Origin: Octopus vulgaris
Taxonomy: Eukaryota
Direction of reading: 5' to 3'
Length of the DNA stretch: 64,000 bases
NCBI GenBank assembly: GCA_951406725.2
Contig: OX597819.1
Coordinates: 12,276,001 to 12,340,000 of the forward strand
Shown here: positions 53,798-64,000 of the stretch, in pieces
How positions within the stretch are numbered: the stretch's first letter is position 1
Layout: every line of letters begins with the position of its first letter
Made by a program: the position numbers and the translations under genes
The notes under the pieces: model-generated
What the model was told of the DNA's origin: nothing
Database searches by the model: none
The model's input: the letters and a program-made list of their open reading frames with translations, nothing else

Positions 53798-54300
53798 TCA
53801 TAAATCTTCAAGTATAGTCCGCCCTTGAGTATAACACACAGGGGATTTTCCCTCTGAAAAACCTAAACCTTGTGTATAATACGCATTCCCTCTCTAACTT
53901 GTCATGCATAATTAAGCCAGCAGCACCTAGTCAAACACTACTGCACATGCGTAACAATAATGGTGATGTTCTTAACTGTTATATGGGACTGTAAATATGT
54001 TTGTAAATTGTTTTTGTTATATGTTATTCTGTGTTCTGAATACTCCTATTGTAATAAATGTTGCTTACTGCAAGTTATGGATGATTCTTTTATGACTTCA
54101 TTACTTTCAGGCTTAGCTTAAGGTATTTTCGCGCCCGACATCACAAAATGCATCTAAATAAACATTGCTGGATAGCAAATAGAGACCCAGACATTGATTA
54201 GAAAATAATTTTCATTTTTAACCTCGTATATAGTACACACAAGGGATTTTGACCTTTAAATTTTGGGAAAAAAATGCAGATTATACTTGAGGATTTGCGC
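53798..54300. mobile_element. Non-autonomous Tc1/mariner-pogo (Tc2-like) DNA element
   Basis: Decayed TIRs cataaatcttcaagtatagtccgc / gcagattatacttgaggatttgcg, with subterminal GTATAA repeats. Confidence 0.6.
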
Positions 54301-55644
54301 TAAGTTAAAGTTTTAGCCCTTTGGTATTCAGTAAATTCTGTCAAAAGTAATGTTTATTTATTCATATTGTCTTTAATTAATCCTACATTATTTCTTAGCT
54401 TCAAGATTTCGGTGATGTGATTGTTTATTTTTAAAATGACATTGTTGGGTAGGTATGAAAGGCCAGATACGATCAGTCTGAAGATAAAACAGGCAGAATA
54501 TTTTGGCTGGTTATGACCGGTTTAAATGCTAAAGTATTAAACTATCAAAACTAAACTTCATCATCACCACCACCATCATTTAACACCTGTTGTCCAGGGG
54601 TGATAAGCTGAGGGGCTGCACTAGACTCTTTTACATGCCACTGGCACAAGTATCAGTTGCACCAATATCTGCCATGACTACAATTCCACTTGGCTTGATG
54701 GGTCTTCTCAACCACAGCATATTGCCAAAGGCCTTGGTCACTTGTCATTACCTCCATGAGGCCCAACACTCTTTTGCATGTGCCACCAGCACTGGTGCTA
54801 GTAACACAACACCAGCATCGGCACATTGCGTCTATGAGGCCAAAATGCTTGAAAGGTACCAGTTACATGACACCGGTATCAGTCACGACTACAATTTTAC
54901 TTGGCTTGACAAGTCTTCTCAAGCACAGCATATTATCAAAAGTCTTGGTCATTAGTCATTGCTTCCACGGGGCCCAATGTTTGAGGATAAAGCCTCATCC
55001 CATGTCTTCCTGGGTCTACCACTTCCACTTGAAAAAGATAATATAACAACTATTGACAAACATTACATGAATCCATGAGGAGTCTTCTATGCAGTTACTC
55101 TTCTTATTGAAAATTTCTCTCAAATCAGACTGACAGAAGGCTACATTGGGATAATGCTATCATAGATGATAGGACAGTCACAACAACAACATATTGGGTG
55201 ATAGAGTAAATATGTAATTAAACAAGAAGTGCATTACACTTGGAAACAGAAGAGACAATCAGAAGGTAGTTTTGCCTCAAAGGTTCTGAGTTCAACTTTG
55301 TCTTCCATTTTTCCCCAGGTGTTTATATTATAAAATACCAACAAAAAGTTGGGGGCTGATCTGAATTGACTATATTTCTGTCCAATATGAAACCTATATT
55401 GAAAACCATTATATTATGGATATAGGCAGATAGAATGTTGGGAATGGTAGAGAACTAGACTTAATACCTTGTGATATTAACTAAATCTCTTTCGACTTGA
55501 GTTCAACTCTCGACAGAGCTGATGTTAATTGTCATTCCTCTCAGGTTAGTCAAATACTGGAATCCAACTCTACTTCTTCCTGACAATGGAATGAGAAGAT
55601 TTGGTGCAGGTGTTTGGATGCAGACAATTTGGCATGGCTGATTT

Positions 55645-55812
55645 CAACCTCGAGTAGCTCCCAGGGGCATCCTGTCTTGAATTCCTTTGTTATTGCCTGG
55701 AGGACTATGATGAATAAGAGGGGGCTGAGGACTGATCCTTGGTGGACCACTACCACTACCCAGATTTCTTCACTGTACTTGTTGCCAACCCTCACCTTAC
55801 TGACAGCTGTAT
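55645..55812 (-). mobile_element. RTE LINE reverse-transcriptase fragment
   Basis: VHQGSVLSPLLFIIVLQAITKEFKTGCPWELL (RT motif QGSxLSP). Confidence 0.85.
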
Positions 55813-55814
55813 GT

Positions 55815-56600
55815 CGTCTAAATTACAAAAATGAAAATAACACTTATCTCATTTTAACAGATAAATTTATCAAAATTACATAAAAATATCTTGAAATACT
55901 AAAGAGTAAATTTATTCAATAAAATCACCATTGGCTTCAACCACTGCTTCCAGACGACTTCAGAATCTCCTGCAACTCTTCTGGACGGTCTCCTTGTTTA
56001 AGCTGCCATAATCCTTGCCTTCAGTTCATCTTTGGTGTTACAAGGAGTTTTGTTGGTCTCTCACTCAACTGCAACCCACACATAATAATCAAGGGGATCG
56101 CAGTTTGGGGAGTTAGGTGGCCAGATGTTAGAGAGGTCACAGAAATTGTTTGACAGCCATGACTGGTTTCTCTTGCTTGTGTGGCATGGTGCAGAGTCCT
56201 GTTGCCAGACATAGGGTCTTCTAGCAGCCACCATCAGAGCCCAGAGCAACATTACCACCTCCAGACACTTGATGTAGGCCTCTGTGTAGAATCTAAGGCC
56301 ACATGGGAAGATGAATGGAAGCATAAGGTCACCATCACTAGTGATCACTCCAAACACCATGATGTTGATTGGATGTTTGTTTTTATCACCCAAATGCTCT
56401 GAAATGTACATATTGGAGCTTCCGGTGCAAATGCCAAGCAGTACAGCATGTCGTTTCCAAATTTCTGGCAGAGTGAATTACATCATGGTGCTGTGTTTTC
56501 ACAGACAGTGCCCAACTGACCCTACTATACTGTATAGCAGACAAAATCAAAAGCAAACAATGCACATGCGTGAAATAAAAAAAAAAAAAAAACCCTGTCT
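55815..56600 (-). mobile_element. Internally deleted Tc1/mariner-superfamily (maT/DD37D-like) element; boundaries approximate
   Basis: ORF 56061..56411 contains KHP..IMVFGVITSDG, WQQDSAPCHTS and WPPNSPNCDPLDYYVW. Confidence 0.8.
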
Positions 56601-56979
56601 ATGTACACACAATATAACAAGTAGTTTCATGTTTTATAGAAGTGGCAAAGTAAAATAAACAAAATTTGAAAGCAAAGCAGTATATTTTCTTGGTATTAAT
56701 AATCTTCAGGTAAATATTTATGTAATGGTAGCATCAACAGGTATTGTGCCTCACATTCAAGTAGCTGTAGTGAAATTACTGGATTTTTTTACATCCCCGT
56801 AATGTAGCAGTTCGGCAAAAAGAGACCAATAGGCTCACAAAGAAAAAGTCCTGGGGTCGATTTGCTTCACTAAAAGGTGGTGCTCCAGCATAGCTGTAGT
56901 CAAATGACTGAAAGAAGTATAAGAATATCTACAAAAACACATGAAGCACAAAGAAAACTGGAAACAAAAACAGGTTTGT

Positions 56980-56985
56980 TTTATT
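56980..56985 (-). terminator. Probable polyadenylation signal of the SRA gene (3'UTR about 1.6 kb)
   Basis: AATAAA on the minus strand followed by a U/GU-rich tract (tgtttttgtttccagttttctttgtg). The interval 57000-58570 has no recognisable transposon. Confidence 0.55.
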
Positions 56986-58570
56986 CACATTTTAAAAGTT
57001 AATTTGCTTTGGTGATCAACAAGAATGTAAAAATACAAATAAAAAAAAAACATTTATTACAAAAATATGAATATGCTGCTGCCTTAAACCATTCTTTTCC
57101 AGTTCCAGAGTTCTTATATGTCTCAGAAATTTTCAGCAACTTTTGCCACATTCAGAAGAATAAACTTATAGAAAGGCACATTTTGAGATCTCCAATGACA
57201 AAAAATTAAAACACAGATTAACCAACCACAAAGTCATAATTATGAAGTTGATGAACCAAACTTAAAAACAGACATCCACAATATGAACTGCGATCCAAGT
57301 TAAATCAGTCAAAAGTTAAAAAAGCCAATTGAAGTACTCTTATAGACCCAGTTTCTGTTAGAAAAATGGCACAAAAGGAACTGTAAATGGAAATCAGTGA
57401 ATCACAGATTAAGGAACTTCTGTAATGAAAAATTTTAAGATAAATCTTTATTGCACTTTTTTCTCTCTTAACTTACTGTTCTTGAAGAATCCTACCTTTA
57501 TGAGAAAATAACACTATTTCATAATACTAATAAATAAATGCTTGTAACCTTTTTTTCTTCTGAATTCTAAGTGGTGAAGTAAAACAAGACCAAGATTGAT
57601 AGAAGACAATTTATGAGCTGCAACCTCTCAGATATCAAATAGTGAATGCTTAGTTATTTATATAACAATATACACATATATTTCTTATAAAAGAAATTTT
57701 CTTTAAAAATATTTGTATGATTTGTTTAGAGCAATATACAGTGTACTAAAATGCTGCACTATGTTTGATAAATTATAAATTGAAAGATTTGTCCTTCAAT
57801 GTATGATGAACAAAATTTCATAAAGTCCACACTTGTAAAAGAGACTTTCTTGTGTTGAAGTTACACATGATGGAATACAAACTGACAACCACTGAGTCTG
57901 TTGTCTGAGTCTAATATCTTACTGATTGACAGCTAAATAAATATTAAGTTTTAACATACAAAAGTAACTAGTTCTACAAATTAAAGTAAAATGGTTTCAG
58001 TGAAATATTAAAATATTTGTTCAATGTTGCATTTTCAAAAACAAAAACTTTACTAGTACCTTAAATATAGAATTAAATTTTGATCTGAATGAGTAGCTAA
58101 AAGACGATAACACCACAAGGTACACATTGTTATTCTGAGACAATTCCTCATGCAACAATGAAAATCTAATCAGTAATCTTTAAACCATAGTGGAAATTGA
58201 AAATGTGAAACTACAATGCATGAATATCATTTGTGATATAAAAACCTATTTGCATTTTCCCATAAAGGCCCATTTTAAAAATGTTCCAATCAACATAAAA
58301 AAAAAGTAAAAATATGAACCAAAACCTAAAGAGATTTTGTGTGCATATCTAGTATTTGTTTCAAACATTGAATGGCAACACCACAGCCAATTGACAGAAA
58401 CCAACAACAAAGTCTCTTCTTTCTTCTAAAATATTGCAAGTTTTAGACAACACCATACAATTTGTTCATTTGGCAATTTGATAAATTGTTAGACTTTTGT
58501 TGCTTACCCTCCACCCAAACAGATTTATTTCTGAAAATTTGCTTTCTTTTCTTAGCTTCGAATTTTCTTC

Positions 58571-58831
58571 TTAAACACTGGAATCTTCACCATCGACATC
58601 ATTATCCGTCATTTCATTACATTTGCCCATGCCATCCTCATCACTGTCATTTTCTTCAGCAGGAGAATCACCATCACAGTTGTCTTTCTTCACCAAATCC
58701 AATCCATTGTCTTTATTACTACTACTGCTGCTGTTTGAGTGTTGACTCGCTGTATCAGAGTCTAACAAATCTACACCAGAGTCAGCATCCGATTCTTCAT
58801 TTGCTTTATCACTAAAAGTATCTTGGTTTTT
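58571..58831 (-). CDS. SRA-YDG domain protein terminal exon, acidic Ser/Asp/Glu tail ending in TAA
   Basis: ttttacag acceptor in phase 0, 87 codons KNQDTFSDKANEESDADSG...DGEDSSV*, in frame with ORF 58571..58768. Confidence 0.85.
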   Translation of the reverse strand, partial: KNQDTFSDKANEESDADSGVDLLDSDTASQHSNSSSSSNKDNGLDLVKKDNCDGDSPAEENDSDEDGMGKCNEMTDNDVDGEDSSV

Positions 58832-58964
58832 CTGTAAAATAGAACAAAGATCATTGAAACCTGAGAAATGAAGGCAAAATAATAATTCAATGCAGTAAAT
58901 TTAAGAAAGGATATCAATTGCTCACTTTATTTGGGTCATCGCATTGTTTAATGCTAGACTTATG

Positions 58965-60000
58965 ATATGGTGTCTTACATTATGAATTTCTTCTAATTCC
59001 ATCAAAGTTGGTTTAATACATGACCGAAGTCATCCTCTGTGCCTAGTGTAAAGATGTGAGCAGTTTCAACTGGTGTCGAAATCAAATTTGATGACTGGCT
59101 AGTCCTTGCTAGTGGAGCGCTAAGAGCACCATCCCAGCGCGATCGTTGCCAGAGCAACAAACTGGCTTCTGTGCCAGTGGCACATAAAAAGCAACATTCG
59201 AGCATGATTGTTAGCCCTGCGAAGCCTTACTGGTACTTGTGCTGGTGGCACGTGAAAAAACAATCGAGCGAGGTCGTTGTCAGTGCCGCTGGACTGGCCC
59301 CCATGCAGGTGGCATGTAAAAAGCACCATTTGAGCGTGGCCGTTGCCAGTACCGCCTGACTGGCCCTCATGCCGGTGGCACATAAAAAGCATCCAATACA
59401 TTCTCGGAGTGGTTGGCGTTAGGAAGGGCATCCAGCTGTAGAAACTCTGCCAGATCAGATTGGAGCCTGACACAGCTGCCTGGCTTGCCAGTCCTCAAAC
59501 TGTCTAACCCATGCCAGCATGGAAAGTGGACGTTAAATGATGATGATATCTCTTTACATTCTACTACAGACACACTGTTCAGACATCTGGGTCTTTAAGA
59601 AATCAAGTTTTTATTATGAATCAGTGTTTATGCACCAGTAGTTATCACCATGGTCACTGGAGTGTAGACGGAATCACAGAGTCTAACACAGCAATTAAAC
59701 CTCAATTGTAGACTTGCTGCTCACCTATATACGGCAACAACAGCTTCAGTTATACACTTATTATCTGACATATCCTCCTATCTATGCACCTTTGGGTTTC
59801 TATTACGGATTGAGCCAGGTATGATTTAGTAAGTCAACTGGTCGAACCAGGAATTGAACCTGTAACCCAGACTGCTTACTGAGGTCTTAACACCAGTTGA
59901 AACTGCTCACAACTTTACACTAGGTACAGAGGATGACTTCAGTCATTTAAACCAACTTTGATGGAATTAGAGAAGAACTTCATAATGTAAGACACCATAT
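58965..60000. repeat. ~112-bp inverted repeat pair (58965-59076 / 59890-60000) in the last intron of the SRA gene
   Basis: atatggtgtcttacattatgaa...cagtttcaactggtgt matches the reverse complement of acaccagttgaaactg...taatgtaagacaccatat, with few mismatches. Confidence 0.9.
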
Positions 60001-60591
60001 AACTCTTTTAGTTGTTTCAGTCATTTGACTGCGGCCATGCTGGAGCACCGCCTTTAGTCGAGCAAATCGACCCCGGGACTTATTCTTTGTAAGCCCAGTA
60101 CTTATTCTATCGGTCTCTTTTGCCGAACCGCTAAGTGACGGGGACGTAAATACACCAGCATCGGTTGTCAAGCAATGCTAGGGGCACAAATACATACACA
60201 CACACACACACACACATACAGACATACATATATACGATAGGCTTCTTTCAGTTTCCGTCTACCAAATCCACTCACAAGGCTTTGGTCGGCCCGAGGCTAT
60301 AGCAAAAGACACTTGCCCAAGATGCCACGCAGTGGGACTGAACCCAGAACCATGTGGTTGGTAGGCAAGCTACTTACCACACAGCCACTTCAGTCTAGCA
60401 TTAAACAATGTTATGTAGAATACCGAAAACATACTTAGAAAACACTATAGAATGCACTCGAGGGATGTATGCTGCTGTTTCTAGTAGCTTGAGTGACTAC
60501 AAAGAGGCTCTATCAAAAAGTTATACAATTGCTTTTATTCTACAGCAGTCATTTGCATAAATAAATAATAAACAGTCAACAATCAGCTTAC

Positions 60592-60701
60592 CACAGTCCA
60601 TGGAGGAGGAGCCTGGTTGGGACAGCGCCGGAGTGCAAATTTCCACACACCGAAACCAGAAAGACCAATGGTGTACCAGTATTTTTCCACAGTGTAGAGG
60701 C
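60592..60701 (-). CDS. SRA-YDG domain protein exon (LYTVEKYWYTIGLSGFGVWKFALRRCPNQAPPPWTV)
   Basis: ctacag acceptor, GTG|GTAAGC donor, 110 nt. C-terminal half of the SRA domain. Confidence 0.94.
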
Positions 60702-61148
60702 CTGTAGCGTGAAGAAAAAGAAAATATAAAAATACATGTAAAACAACTTTAAATCACATGGCTTTGCATGGTGCAGGGACATAACAGAAGATGATTGCCC
60801 AAGGTACAGTGCAATGGGACTAAAGCAACACGGTTGAGAAGCGAGCTGGCAGAAACGTTAGCACGCCGGGCGAAATGCGTAGCCGCATTTCGTCAGCCGT
60901 TACGTTCTGAGTTCAAATTCCGCCGAGGTTGACTTTGCCTTTCATCCTTTCGGGGTCGATTAAGTACCAGTTACACACTGGGGTCGATATAATCGACTTA
61001 ATCCGTGTGTCTGTCCCTGTTTGTCCCCTCTGTGTTTAGCCCCTTGTGGGTAGTAAAGAAATAGGTTGAGAAGCTAATTTAACCACATAGCCATGCCAGT
61101 GTTAAGCTCAGAAAGCCAGTTCAGCCAACTCAATAAAATAATCCTTAC

Positions 61149-61302
61149 CATCATAACGATATCCTTCTTCAGGGGCAAAATCACTCTTGGATTTATAGCC
61201 TCGGATCACTCTAACAGTTCTCCCTAGTTCACAGTTGCGACTCAGAGCTAAGTTTCCTCGAGTCAATGTTTGGTCTTTAGACTGTGGTGCTGTTCGTAAA
61301 TT
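61149..61302 (-). CDS. SRA-YDG domain protein exon (NLRTAPQSKDQTLTRGNLALSRNCELGRTVRVIRGYKSKSDFAPEEGYRYDG)
   Basis: ttttcag acceptor, G|GTAAG donor, 154 nt. Contains DQxL-NxAL, VRVIRG and the YRYDG (YDG) motif. Confidence 0.95.
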
Positions 61303-62745
61303 CTGAAAAGGTGGGGAAAAAAAAAAGAAAGTTTTAAAATTTGAGTAAGCAATAGTTTATTCTGTAAAATAAACATGGATAAAGTAGAAAAGAAACAAAG
61401 GATCTCATCATCATTTAACATCCGTTTTCCCACTCTTGCATGGGTCAGATGGAATTTACTGAGGCAGACTTTCTATAGCCTGATGCCCTTTCTGCTGTCA
61501 GCCCTCACCGGTTTCCAAGGAAGGTGATATTTCTCCAGGGCGAGACATGTTCATCACAGAAGATTGGAGATGAACAACAGTTTGTGTGATGCTCATATAT
61601 CTCACATACAGTGGGGTGCAAAAGTCTGGCACTCTGTCGCTTACAAGGGTTCCAGTTGATCCAATCAATGTAACATCTTGCTCAGGAGATTAATGTGTAA
61701 GTGGCTGAGCACTCTACAGACACATGTACCTATTCACATACTTCTCAGGAAGATCCAGCGTGACACAGAGTGTAACAAGGCTGGCCCCTTGAAATACAGG
61801 TGCTACTTATTTTTGCCAGCTGAATTGACTGGAGCAACGTGAAATAAAGTGTCTTGCTCAAGGACACAACGTGACACCTGGAATTGAACTCGTGATCCTA
61901 TGATTGTGAACCGAATACCTTAACCACTATGCTATGCACCTTCAAAAGTAGGTAACCAGTATCACATCAATGTTATAATACTTAATTGATTAAAATTATT
62001 AGCACATTAAATTAGTTAGTCTCATTTTTGATATTTTCAGTGTCATTAATTATAATAATACATTTGTAAAAGCTAACACTTATTTTCCAAGCTAAGATTC
62101 GAAACTGCATCTAAGGATTATTGCTCGTCTGATCCACCATTGGCCAAACAGGCACGAAAGGAATTTTTTTGACCTGTCAAAAAATGATGGATGGATTTCC
62201 CTTTGACCTCGGACCTGAGTAGTGTCACTGAAGGTTCAAGTGGACAGGAGGCAACCTACATAGGTAGAAATTACTCCTGTGGTATGTTTGTCCTTTTACC
62301 TGGGATCACCATTATAAATACAGTCAGACACATGACAGATAAACAGATAGCCATCAACAGGCAAATGGTCAAGAGACAGCAGACAACAGAGAACCACATA
62401 TTCAGCATGAATTACCCAACACAGTAGCGGTCACAGAACATAAACAGACATGACCAAATGACCAACGCACACACAGACACAAAAAATGTCTGGTTCCACC
62501 TCATCACATCAACACAGCATATCTCCAGTTCATTTTTTACTTTACCAACTCGAAGCAGATTGGTAACATCATGTAGCAGCTTTCCTTGTGTATACCACAC
62601 ATAAATCCAAGTGTCGATTAAATAAATCATTTAAACCACAATCCAATGCTTGTTTTACTTTGTTGTCGTCAACATCTGCTACATCAACAATATCTTTTGC
62701 TACACATTTATCATAACTATTATTATACTTTTAACGTAACTTTTA

Positions 62746-63262
62746 AATGTCTTGCTATGCTAGAGTAAGAATAGCCTGGACAAAGTTCAGCGAGCTCTTA
62801 CCCCTGCTGGTGACAAAAGGCCTCTCGCTCAGAGTAAAAGGCAGACTGTATGATGCATGTGTACGAACAGCCATGCCACATGGTAGTGAAACATGGGCCG
62901 TGACTGCTGAGGATATGCGTAAGCTCGCAAGAAATGAAGCCAGTATGCTCCGATGGATGTGTAATGTCAGTGTTCGTACTCAACAGAGTGTAAGTACCTT
63001 GAGAAAAAAGATGGCACGTAAAAAAAACACCTTCTGAGCATAGTCATTGCCAGTACCGCCTGACTGGCCCTCATGCTGGTGGCATGTAAAAGCACCTGCT
63101 ACACTCTCGGAGCAGTTGGCATTAGAAAGGGCATCAGGCTGTAGAAACTTTGCCAGATGGGATTGGAACTTGGTGCAGCCTTCTGTCTCTCCAGTCCTCA
63201 GTCAAACCGTCCAACCCATGCTGGCATGGAAAGCGGATGTTAAACAACGTTGGTGATGATGG
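62746..63262 (+). mobile_element. RTE-clade LINE fragment joined to its 3'UTR
   Basis: ARVRIAWTKF.ELLPLL...KGRLYDACVRTAM.HGSETW...EASMLRWMCNV, followed by the ggcacgtaaaaa repeat and a (GAT)n-type tail. Confidence 0.88.
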
Positions 63263-63930
63263 GGATATTGTGGGAAGACTTTTGCCAAGGGAACCACAGA
63301 GTGGGACTGAACCTAAGGCTGCCTGGTTGGGAAGCAAGTTTCTTAACCACACAGCCACACTTCAGCTGTAGTACAATAACCAACAATAAAAATAAAATAA
63401 CTACAGAATTTAGTTAGCGATAAGGCTAAAACTTTCATTCTCTTTATTCATACATTTTTGGGGTTGTGTTGCTGTAAGAAATTTTCATTATTGTTTCTTC
63501 ATACACCTGCAGAATCATCATCATCATTGTTGTTTAACGTCCACTTTCCATGCTGGCATGGGTTAGACAATTTGATTGAGGACTGGCAAGCCAGGCAACT
63601 GTATCAGGCTCCAATCTGATCTGGCAGAGTTTCTACAGCTGGATGCCCTTCCTAACGCCAACCACTCCGAGAGTGTAGTGGGTGCTTTTCCATGCCACTG
63701 GCATGAGGGCCAGTCAGGTGGTACTGGCAACGGCCACGTTCAAAAGGTGTTTTTTATGTGCCACCTGCACAGGAGCCAGTCTGGCAGCACTGACAACAAC
63801 CACGCTCAAATGTAGTCTTTCATGTGCCAGTACGGCGACACTGGCAACGATCATGCTCGAATGGTGCTTTTTAAGTGCCATTGGCATGGGAGCCAGTCAG
63901 CGGCCCTGGCAATGAAGAAATACAACTTAC

Positions 63931-63968
63931 CTTTGGATTTGTTTTGGTACCTCTGAGATCTCGACCTC
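63931..63968 (-). CDS. SRA-YDG domain protein, internal exon (GGRDLRGTKTNPK); upstream exons lie outside the window
   Basis: tattaccag acceptor, AAG|GTAAGT donor, 38 nt. GGRDL motif of SRA domains. Confidence 0.88.
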
Positions 63969-64000
63969 CTGGTAATATGAAGAAGAAAGGATTCAACGAT

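Noticed and set aside
62118-62300. Short matches to U4 (GATTATTGCT), U5 loop (CCTTTTAC) and an Sm-like site
   Set aside because: Only 8-10 nt, not placed next to D boxes, and the rest does not align with any snRNA.
58571-63968. Calling the SRA gene UHRF1
   Set aside because: The finger loop differs and there is no polybasic region or RING before the stop, so the gene symbol was left empty.

Overview
AT-rich, repeat-dense animal genomic DNA. The SINE/LINE repertoire points to an octopod cephalopod (inference). Two spliced genes lie on the minus strand, both reconstructed by hand from GT-AG boundaries with consistent phases. (1) The first 8 coding exons of GANAB (ER glucosidase II alpha, GH31): ATG at 44461, running off the window below 432, with an 18 kb first intron and a CpG-retaining promoter carrying an ERSE-like CCAAT-N9-CTACG motif. 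(2) The last 4 exons of an SRA-YDG (methyl-cytosine reader) gene that is not canonical UHRF1: it has a GTKTNPKNLRTAPQ finger loop and ends in an acidic tail with no RING. The rest is transposon-derived: three tRNA-derived SINE families, RTE LINE 3' ends, CR1-like and Hero-like LINE fragments, mariner and maT relics, a deleted piggyBac and its MITEs, and a Merlin-like fold-back MITE. Most notable are a 1.83 kb ORF1-only (HAL1-like) retroelement with a 15-bp TSD inside a SINE head, and several short near-perfect local direct or inverted duplications in introns. Most ORFs in the supplied track are spurious translations of repeats.
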